Below are positions 39,916 to 47,352 of a stretch of DNA of 64,000 nucleotides, piece after piece. The stretch is from positions 27,504 to 91,503 of the forward strand of contig CBDBGD010000001.1 in the NCBI GenBank assembly GCA_965205235.1. Reading direction: 5' to 3'. The stretch's first letter is position 1, and the number at the start of each line of letters is the position of its first letter. The stretch comes from Dehalococcoidia bacterium (GTDB lineage: Bacteria; Chloroflexota; Dehalococcoidia; Lucifugimonadales; UBA1127). A program made the translations under genes and the position numbers. The notes under the pieces are model-generated. The model saw only the letters and a list, made by a program, of their open reading frames with translations, did no database searches and was not told where the DNA came from.

Positions 39916-42759
39916 ATGATGGCCGCCAGGTACGCCGAGGTGGCGGTCGACGCTTCCCTCCCCCCAGACCGCACGCTCACCTACGCTATCCCGCCCGGCA
40001 TATCCGTGGCCCCCGGCCATGTCGTGTGGGCGCCCCTGCAGTCCCGCCGCGTCTCCGGCGTCGTCTTCGCTCTCTCCGACCACACCGAGGTCGGCGGCGT
40101 CCGGCCCCTGGGCGGCCTGCAGGACCCCTCGTTCGCACTTGCGCCGGCGCAGCTCGAGCTGGCGCGCTGGTTGAGCCGCGAGACTCTCTGCTCGCTGTAC
40201 GAGGCCGCTGCCCTGATGCTCCCCTGGGACTTCCGGCGGCGCCTGCTCTCCCTGCTCTGGACCACCGAGAAGGTCGAAGGGGAAGATCCCTCACAGCGCG
40301 GCGACGAGGAGCGGCGGATGCTCGCAGCGCTTCAACGTACAACGCCCACGGACGAGCGACGCGTCGTCCGCACCTCCGCCTCTCGAACGGCGCTGCGACG
40401 GCTGCTGCGAGAGGGTCTGGTCTTGCAGGAGTGGCGGTGGGATCCCCCACGGGCGACACCGCAGTACCGGGAGACGCTGCATCTGGCTGTGCCAGCGGAA
40501 GAGGTCCAGCAACACGCTGTCGAGCTTCTTGACAGGCTCCATCGCCTCAAGACTTTGCTGCAAATCCTGGAGGACACTCCCTTTGTCGACCTCACAACGG
40601 CCCGCAAGGAGTTCGGCTCGTCCGCGGTGACAACGTTGCAGCGGCAGGACCTTGTGGCCATCGACCGCCCCTGTCTCCGCCTGGCAGTATCGGTAGAAGA
40701 GGCGCGTCAACACGCGGCAACCCTTCCTGACAGGTCACATCGTCTGAAAGCCTTGCTCCGAAGCCTGGCAGCAACCCCCTCCATGGACCTGACAGCCTCC
40801 CGAAAGGAGTTCGGTTCGTCGGCGGCGGCGACGCTGCAACGGCGGAATCTCGTGACCGTCGATCACGGCCGCCGCCTCCGTCTGGCTGCATCTGTCAAGG
40901 AGGCGCGGCAATACACGGCTGGTTTACCCGACACAGCCGATCGAGCACGGGCCCTGCTGGAGTACCTCGCGGACACGCCGTCGGTCGACATAACGGCGGC
41001 TCGGAAGGAGTTCGGAGCGTCCGTCGTCAAGAGGCTCGTGGAGCGCGGCCTCGTGACCGTTGAGCAGCACCGCCGCCTCCGTGACCCACTGGCGGCGCAC
41101 ACGACGCGTCGCCAGGCGCCACTGCAGCCGACGCCCGACCAGTCGAGCGCTATCGACGCCATCGCGTCGTCGGTGCAGCGCGCCGACGGCGGCACGTTCC
41201 TCCTCCTGGGCGTCACCGGCAGCGGCAAGACAGAGGTCTACCTGCAGGCGCTGGCCCGCTGCATCTCCCAGGGCCGCCGCGGCCTCTACCTCGTCCCCGA
41301 AATCGCCCTGACGCCGCAGCTAACGGCGCGCCTGCTTGCACGCTTCCCCGGCCGGGTGGGCCTCCTCCACAGCGGGCTGTCCGACGGCCAGCAGTACGAT
41401 GCGTGGTGGCGCATCCACCGCGGCGACTTCGACGTCGTCCTGGGGTCTCGCAGCGCGATATTCGCCCCCGTGCCGGACATCGGCCTCGTCATCCTCGACG
41501 AGGAGCATGAGTGGACGTACAAGCAGCAGGACCTCGCCCCCCGCTACCACGCGCGGGACGTGGCCCTCAAGCTCGCCGAGCTCACCGGCGCGACCGTCGT
41601 GCTGGGCAGCGCCACGCCCGACCTCGTCTCGCACCATCACGCCCGGCAGGGGGTACATCGCCTGCTGGAGCTGCCTCAACGCCTCGCGCCGGGCGACGAC
41701 GGCCGACCCCGCACCGTCCCGCTGCCGAAGGCCCAAGTCGTCGACATGCGAAAGGAACTCAAGGCCGGCGTCCGCAGCATCTTCAGCCGCAGCCTCCACG
41801 AGGCCCTCACCCGCACGCTGGAACGCGGCGAGCAGGCCATCCTCTTCCTCAACCGGCGGGGTGCGTCGGGCATCGTCCAGTGCCGCGACTGCGGCCACGT
41901 CCTCCGCTGCCGGAGCTGCGACGCGCCCCTGACGTACCACGCCGTCGGCGAGCGCATGGTCTGCCATCACTGCGGGCGTCGCAGGCCGCAGGCGACGCGC
42001 TGTCCCGACTGCAGGGGTTCTCGCATCCGGCACCTGGGCATCGGCACGCAGCGCGTCGTCCAGGAGGTCGAGCAAACCTTCGGCGCGCGGGTGCTGCGCT
42101 GGGACCAGGACGCAGCCCGCGACCGTGCAGCCCACGAGGCGCTGATGGACAGCTTCGCACGCGGCGAGGCCGACGTCCTGGTGGGCACGCAGATGGTCGC
42201 CAAGGGCCTCGACCTACCCCGGGTCAGCCTCGTCGGCGCGATCCTGGCCGACCTCGGCCTGCACCTGCCTGACTTCCGCTCCGCCGAGCGCACCTTCCAG
42301 CTTCTCTGCCAGGTGGCCGGGCGCGCTGGGCGGCTCGGCGGGCCGGGACAGGCCGTCATCCAGACCTACTCGCCCGAGCACTACGCCGTGCGCCTCGCCG
42401 CCGCCCAGGACTACGGCGCATTCGCCGCCGCCGAGCTTGACTTCCGGCGCACGCACGCCTACCCGCCCTACAGCCGTCTCGCCCGCCTTCTCTTCCAGCA
42501 CACCAACCCGGCGTACGCGCAGCGAGAGGCCGACGCCGTCGCGGCCCGCATCCGCGCCTACTGCGCTCGCGAGGGCCTCGGTGAGGTTGACGTCATCGGC
42601 CCCGCGCCGGCGTACCCCCCGCGACTGCGGGGCCGCTACCGGTGGCACCTCGTCGTGCGCGTCCCCGTCGGCGCCCCAGTCGACCTCCCCGCGCTGCTCG
42701 CCTCCCTCGGCCCGCTCCCCGGCTGGCGCCTAGACGTGGACCCTGTGAGTCTGGTCTAA
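39916..42759 (+). CDS. priA: Primosomal protein N' (PriA helicase) with a triplicated internal module
   Basis: 'RYAEVAVDASL...LTYAIP' N-terminus. Walker A 'GVTGSGKTEVY'. 'ILDEEHE'. Cys-rich region 'CRDCGHVLRCRSCDAPLTYH....CHHCG.....CPDCRG'. About 947 aa from ATG 39916. The track ORF start (39751) overlaps rplS and is rejected. Confidence 0.9.
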   Translation: MMAARYAEVAVDASLPPDRTLTYAIPPGISVAPGHVVWAPLQSRRVSGVVFALSDHTEVGGVRPLGGLQDPSFALAPAQLELARWLSRETLCSLYEAAALMLPWDFRRRLLSLLWTTEKVEGEDPSQRGDEERRMLAALQRTTPTDERRVVRTSASRTALRRLLREGLVLQEWRWDPPRATPQYRETLHLAVPAEEVQQHAVELLDRLHRLKTLLQILEDTPFVDLTTARKEFGSSAVTTLQRQDLVAIDRPCLRLAVSVEEARQHAATLPDRSHRLKALLRSLAATPSMDLTASRKEFGSSAAATLQRRNLVTVDHGRRLRLAASVKEARQYTAGLPDTADRARALLEYLADTPSVDITAARKEFGASVVKRLVERGLVTVEQHRRLRDPLAAHTTRRQAPLQPTPDQSSAIDAIASSVQRADGGTFLLLGVTGSGKTEVYLQALARCISQGRRGLYLVPEIALTPQLTARLLARFPGRVGLLHSGLSDGQQYDAWWRIHRGDFDVVLGSRSAIFAPVPDIGLVILDEEHEWTYKQQDLAPRYHARDVALKLAELTGATVVLGSATPDLVSHHHARQGVHRLLELPQRLAPGDDGRPRTVPLPKAQVVDMRKELKAGVRSIFSRSLHEALTRTLERGEQAILFLNRRGASGIVQCRDCGHVLRCRSCDAPLTYHAVGERMVCHHCGRRRPQATRCPDCRGSRIRHLGIGTQRVVQEVEQTFGARVLRWDQDAARDRAAHEALMDSFARGEADVLVGTQMVAKGLDLPRVSLVGAILADLGLHLPDFRSAERTFQLLCQVAGRAGRLGGPGQAVIQTYSPEHYAVRLAAAQDYGAFAAAELDFRRTHAYPPYSRLARLLFQHTNPAYAQREADAVAARIRAYCAREGLGEVDVIGPAPAYPPRLRGRYRWHLVVRVPVGAPVDLPALLASLGPLPGWRLDVDPVSLV

Positions 42760-42797
42760 CGCCCTCGCAGACCGTCCAAGGCCCGCTCTCGCGCCCC

Positions 42798-43415
42798 TCA
42801 CTCCCAGGTGGGGCGCACCATTGAGAAGCGGCTGTCGACCTCGACGAAATCGAGGTACCCCAGCCTGCCGATGGGCCTCAGCTTCAGCGAGTCTATGCGG
42901 CCGTCCGTCAGGACGCGCTCGTCGATGTGGACTCCGATCACCTGCCCGAACACGACCGTGTTCGGAGTGTCCGGGTCGTTCGTCAGCATCTCCACCGACC
43001 GGGTGTATCTGCACTCCAGGTGCACCGGGCTCTCCGCCACGCGCGGGCATCGCACCAGCCTGCTTTCGGCCTTGGTCAGCCCGGCGTACTCGAACTCGTC
43101 GACCTCTCGAGGCGCGGGGACGGAGGAGGCGTTCATCCGCTCCCGCAGGTCCCACGTTGCGACGTTGACGACGAACTCCCCCGTCGTCTGCGCGTCCAGC
43201 ACGGCGTCCTTGAGTCCGCCGAAGCCGTGGCTGCCCGTGGCGGCGAACATCACCTGCGGCGGGCTGTATGCGACGGCGTTGAAGAAGGAGTAGGGCGCGA
43301 GGTTGGGGACGCCCTCTGCGCTGAGCGTGGATATCCAGCCGATCGGCCTGGGCACGACGATGGCGTTCAGTGTGCTGTAGTGGCCGGTGGTGTCCGTGCC
43401 GATGCGGTGGAACAT
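42798..43415 (-). CDS. Flavin reductase-like (FMN-binding split-barrel) protein
   Basis: 'VVPRPIGWISTLSAEGVPNLAPYSFFNAVAYSPPQVMF' signature. ATG 43415 is preceded by AGGAG. Confidence 0.8.
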   Translation of the reverse strand: MFHRIGTDTTGHYSTLNAIVVPRPIGWISTLSAEGVPNLAPYSFFNAVAYSPPQVMFAATGSHGFGGLKDAVLDAQTTGEFVVNVATWDLRERMNASSVPAPREVDEFEYAGLTKAESRLVRCPRVAESPVHLECRYTRSVEMLTNDPDTPNTVVFGQVIGVHIDERVLTDGRIDSLKLRPIGRLGYLDFVEVDSRFSMVRPTWE

Positions 43416-43475
43416 GGGGCGTCTCCTGTCGCGTGGTGGGCAGCAGGTAACGATACCATGAGAAGGGCGGTCTCC

Positions 43476-43596
43476 GTTGTGGTCGAGGGCGGGGGTGGGG
43501 ATTCGTGGTTCCTGCGCAACCGACCCCCTCACCCTAACCCTCTCCCTCCAGGGAGAGGGGATGCGGGGCGCCCTTCGAAGGTTTCAGGGCGAGCGG
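43476..43596. repeat. Dispersed repeat, copy 3
   Basis: ...GTGGTTCCTGCGCAACCGACCCCCTCACCCTAACCCTCTCCCTCCAGGGAGAGGGGATGCGGGGCGCCCTTCGAAGGTTTCAGGGCGAGCGG aligns with copies 1 and 2. Confidence 0.85.
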
Positions 43597-43657
43597 GTTC
43601 CTTCCACGGCCCACCCTGCTCTGGTATGCTTTTTCGCAGCCCCCTTCAGGCGAGAAG

Positions 43658-45529
43658 ATGTACGTCGTCGGTACCGCCGGACACGTTGACCACGGCAAGT
43701 CGAGCCTCGTGCGCGCGCTGACGGGCATCGACCCCGACCGGCTCCAGGAGGAGAAGCGTCGGGAGATGACCATCGACCTGGGCTTTGCGTGGCTGACGCT
43801 CCCCAGCGGACGCGAGGTCAGCATCGTCGACGTGCCCGGCCACGAGCGGTTCATCAAAAACATGCTGGCCGGTGTGGGCGGCGTCGACCTCGCCCTCCTC
43901 GTCGTCGCCGCCGACGAGTCGGTCATGCCGCAGACCCGGGAGCACCTGGCCATCCTGGACCTCATCGAGGTCACCAAGGGTGTCGTCGCCCTGACCAAGG
44001 CCGACCTGGTGGAGGAGGAGTGGCTTCAAATTGCCGCCGAGGAGGTGGCCGAGACGCTGGAAGGGAGCGCGCTTGAGGGCGTCGGCATCCTGCCCGTCTC
44101 CGCCTTCACCGGCCAGGGCCTCGACGAGCTCAAGGGAGAGCTCGACCGGCTGCTGGAGGAGACGCCCCCGCCGCGCGACGTTGGCCGCCCGCGCCTCTCC
44201 GTCGACCGGGCCTTCGCCATGGCAGGCTTCGGGGCCGTGGTCACCGGGACGCTACTCGACGGCGCGCTGGCCGTGGGGCAGGAGGTGGAGCTGGCGCCCT
44301 CGGGCCGGCGGGGCCGCGTGCGCGGCCTCCAGACGCACCAGCGCCGCATCGACAGCGCCGAGCCCGGCAGCCGCGTGGCCGTCAACCTGTCCGGCGTGAG
44401 CCACACGCAGGTGCAGCGCGGCGAGGTGCTCACGCTGCCCGGGTGGCTGCGCTCCACCCGGCAGGTGGACGTCTTCCTGCGCTCGCCCCGATGGGCCCCG
44501 CACCCGCTGAAGCACAACGCCGGGGTGACGTTCCACGCCGGCGCAAGCGAGACCGCCGCCCGTGTCCGCCTGCTGGAGGCCCCGGTACTAAAGCCGGGCG
44601 AGGAGGGTTGGGCGCAGGTGCACCTGGAGCAGCGTCTGCCGCTGGTGAAGGGCGACACCTTCGTCGTGCGATCTCCGCTGGGCACGCTGGGCGGCGGCCG
44701 CATCGTCGATCCGGCCCCCCGGCGGCACCGACGCGGCCAGCCCGCCGTCCTCCAACGCCTGGAAGCCCTGGAGCGCGGCTCACCCCGCGAGGCCCTGCTG
44801 CAGGCGCTGCCGCCCCGCGAACCGCTCGACCTGCGCACGCTCGTCGAGCGCGTCGGACTCACGGAAGAGCAGGTCCGCGGCGAGTTGGCGCCTCTGCTGG
44901 AAGAGGGACTGGTATTGGCCATCGGGAGCAACGCCCTGGACCGAGGCACGGCGCTCTACTCGGCGGCGGCCTGGAGGCACCTCAGTGACAGGGCTGCACA
45001 GGCCCTGCGGGAGCACCATCGCGACCACCCTCTCCGGCCGGGCCTTCCGCGGGAGGAGCTGCGGAGCAGGCTGGGGTTGCCGTCCGCGGCGTTCGCCCAC
45101 GTCCTCGCCGAGCTCGCGGCGCAGGGCGTCCTGGTCGAGGATGGCGCGCTGGTGCGAGCGCCCGACCACGAAGTCCGCTTGGCCCCGGAGCAGGAGCGAG
45201 CGGCGTCGGCATACCTCCGGGCGCTGGAGACGCAGCCCTACTCGCCGCCCACGGACAGCAAGCCCGACTCGGAGCTTCTGTCGGTCCTGGCCTCGCAGGG
45301 CAAGGTCGTGCGGGTCAGCGCCGACATCGTCTTCGCCAGCGGCGCATACGCGCAGATGGTAGAGCGCATCGTCGAGCGCCTCGACGACTCCGGGCGAATC
45401 ACCGTTGCCGACGTCCGGGACATGTTCGGCGCGTCCCGCAAGTACGCCCTCCCGCTGCTCGAATACCTCGACCAGCAGCGCATCACCCGCCGCGTCGGCG
45501 ACGAGCGGGTGCTGGTGAAGCGACCGTGA
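43658..45529 (+). CDS. selB: Selenocysteine-specific translation elongation factor SelB
   Basis: 'VVGTAGHVDHGKSSLVRALTG', 'DVPGHERFIKNMLAG', 'ALTKADL'. Long C-terminal winged-helix region ending '...RKYALPLLEYLDQQRITRRVGDERV', typical of SelB. Confidence 0.85.
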   Translation: MYVVGTAGHVDHGKSSLVRALTGIDPDRLQEEKRREMTIDLGFAWLTLPSGREVSIVDVPGHERFIKNMLAGVGGVDLALLVVAADESVMPQTREHLAILDLIEVTKGVVALTKADLVEEEWLQIAAEEVAETLEGSALEGVGILPVSAFTGQGLDELKGELDRLLEETPPPRDVGRPRLSVDRAFAMAGFGAVVTGTLLDGALAVGQEVELAPSGRRGRVRGLQTHQRRIDSAEPGSRVAVNLSGVSHTQVQRGEVLTLPGWLRSTRQVDVFLRSPRWAPHPLKHNAGVTFHAGASETAARVRLLEAPVLKPGEEGWAQVHLEQRLPLVKGDTFVVRSPLGTLGGGRIVDPAPRRHRRGQPAVLQRLEALERGSPREALLQALPPREPLDLRTLVERVGLTEEQVRGELAPLLEEGLVLAIGSNALDRGTALYSAAAWRHLSDRAAQALREHHRDHPLRPGLPREELRSRLGLPSAAFAHVLAELAAQGVLVEDGALVRAPDHEVRLAPEQERAASAYLRALETQPYSPPTDSKPDSELLSVLASQGKVVRVSADIVFASGAYAQMVERIVERLDDSGRITVADVRDMFGASRKYALPLLEYLDQQRITRRVGDERVLVKRP

Positions 45530-46758
45530 GCCTCGACCTCGTCGCGGCGATGGCGCAGATCGAGGCGCTGGCGGACCGCATGCGTGTCGCGCAGGCCGAC
45601 CGCGCGGCGCGACTGGCCGAGGCCAGGGCCGCTCTGCGACGGTCGACAGCGTACACGCTGAAGGAGCGCGCCGGCGAGTCGCAGGGCCGCTTCGTGTTCC
45701 CCTACGCCGACCCTCTGGAGGACCCGCACGAACGCCACGCCCGTCCCGACGTTCCGACCGACTACAGCGTCATCGCCGCCGACGGCTCGCATATCGACGT
45801 GGACCGCCACCTTCCCGTGCGCTGCTTCCTCATCAACATCGGCCTGTGCCGGCTGGTCTACGGCGCCGAGCCCGGCGCAAACCTCGACCACAGCGCCCGC
45901 CTGTACACGGAGCCGCAGGAGCTATCCATCACCGACCCGGAGTCGCCCCTGAACAGCTATGCACTGGAGGGGCCGTTGCTGGGCATCAAGCGCACCGTCG
46001 ACGAGGTCGCCGCGCTGGCCGACGCCGTCGAGAAGGCGCCGTCGGACCTCCCGCTCCTGCTGCTGGTCGATGGATCGCTGGTGCTGTGGCCGCTGGGCGG
46101 TGAGGGCCCACCGCCCGGCCGCTTCCCCGACTACGTTCGCAGGGCGCTGCTGGACGAGGGCTTCCTGCGGTCGATGGAAAGGCTGCGGCAGGCCGCCATG
46201 CGGCGTACGATTGCTGTGGCAGCGTACATCAGCCTGCCCGGCAGCCGGGAGGTGGCCGGGGGCCTGCGGCTGGCGCTGTGCCCCCACGATCCCGTCGGCG
46301 ACTGCGGGCGTCACTGCCGGGTCATCGCAGCGGGGCAGCGGGGGTGTGACACCGTGCACGGCTTCGCCGACCGCGATCTCTACGCCGACACCCTCGCGCC
46401 GGGCGAGCGCACCGCTGTCTTCGGCTCCCGGGCCGCCGTCGTCCGCGACCACTACGGCGACCACCATCGGATACGCTTCTTCTACATCAACGTCGGAGAG
46501 GAGATCGGCAGGGTGGAGGTCCCGGCGTGGGTCGCCGACGACCCACAGATGGTCGACCTGGCCCACGCCCTGGTCTGGGAGCAGTGCCGCCTGGGCGACG
46601 GCTACCCCGTCGCCCTCCAGGAGGCCCACGAGCAGGCGGTCCTCAGCGGCGCCGACCGCGAGGGTTTCCGCCACGTGCTGGAGCTGGCCCTGGAGGGCCA
46701 ACGCCTGCCCGTGTTCACGTCAGAGAAGCAGCGCTCGAAGCGGCTGCGGGGGGTGTAG
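45526..46758 (+). CDS. NurA-domain nuclease-like protein
   Basis: GTG 45526 overlaps the selB stop (GTGA). 'YSVIAADGSHIDVD', 'LLLLVDGSLVLW', 'AVAAYISLPGS' and C-terminal 'GDGYPVALQEAHEQAVLSGADRE' match the NurA catalytic-core layout. Confidence 0.7.
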   Translation: MSLDLVAAMAQIEALADRMRVAQADRAARLAEARAALRRSTAYTLKERAGESQGRFVFPYADPLEDPHERHARPDVPTDYSVIAADGSHIDVDRHLPVRCFLINIGLCRLVYGAEPGANLDHSARLYTEPQELSITDPESPLNSYALEGPLLGIKRTVDEVAALADAVEKAPSDLPLLLLVDGSLVLWPLGGEGPPPGRFPDYVRRALLDEGFLRSMERLRQAAMRRTIAVAAYISLPGSREVAGGLRLALCPHDPVGDCGRHCRVIAAGQRGCDTVHGFADRDLYADTLAPGERTAVFGSRAAVVRDHYGDHHRIRFFYINVGEEIGRVEVPAWVADDPQMVDLAHALVWEQCRLGDGYPVALQEAHEQAVLSGADREGFRHVLELALEGQRLPVFTSEKQRSKRLRGV

Positions 46759-47352
46759 ATGTCGATGGTCGAACGAGGCGAGCGCGTCGCCGAGGTCGTG
46801 GAAGCGGCGTCGGCGGCGTTCGTCGCCCAGTGCTACGCGCTGGACGGGGCGCCGCCGCTGGGCGCGCTGGTGCGCACGGGCGACCCGCCGACCTACGGCG
46901 TGGTCTGCAACGTCGAGAGCGGCCCGCTGGACGCCGGTCGGCGCGTGACAGCCCGCGGCCACGGCGAGGAGAGCGAGGAGGCCCTGTACCGCAGCAACCC
47001 TCAGCTCGAGCGGCTGCTGGTGACGCGGCTGGAGGCGCGCATCGTCGGCTACGACCGCGAGGGCGACACGCGCCAGGGTTTGCCGTCGCTGCCGCCGCGA
47101 CTGCACGCTTTCGTCTATCTCTGCACGCCGGGCGAGGTCCGGGCCTTCACCCGCTCGTTCGACTTCCTCCACCTGCTGGCCGCCGCACCCTCCGCCGCGG
47201 GCGACGAGGTCGTAACGGCCTGCCTCCGCAGCGCCGCCGCCGTCCACCCCGACCCGGAGGCGTTCCTGGTCGCGGCGGGGCAGGCGCTGGCGGCGGAGAT
47301 GGCCGACGACGTGGGCCGTCTCAACATCCTCCTGCGAGGGTTGCGGCCATGA
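46759..47352 (+). CDS. Hypothetical 197-aa protein; N-terminus resembles a HerA HAS-barrel without an ATPase domain
   Basis: ATG abuts the NurA stop (TAGATG). Its stop overlaps the HerA start (ATGA). 'VAEVVEAASAAFVAQCYALDGAPPLGALVRTGDPPTYGVVCNVES' parallels the HerA N-terminus of the next gene. Confidence 0.5.
   Translation: MSMVERGERVAEVVEAASAAFVAQCYALDGAPPLGALVRTGDPPTYGVVCNVESGPLDAGRRVTARGHGEESEEALYRSNPQLERLLVTRLEARIVGYDREGDTRQGLPSLPPRLHAFVYLCTPGEVRAFTRSFDFLHLLAAAPSAAGDEVVTACLRSAAAVHPDPEAFLVAAGQALAAEMADDVGRLNILLRGLRP

Noticed and set aside
46527-47348. 274-codon N-terminal extension of the HerA ORF (track ORF 46527-49073), which would give an 848-aa protein.
   Set aside because: The extension is extremely Arg/Pro/Gly-rich and overlaps the NurA 3' end and the whole 197-aa ORF in another frame. 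ATG 47349 in an ATGA overlap gives a HerA of normal length with an intact N-terminal barrel.
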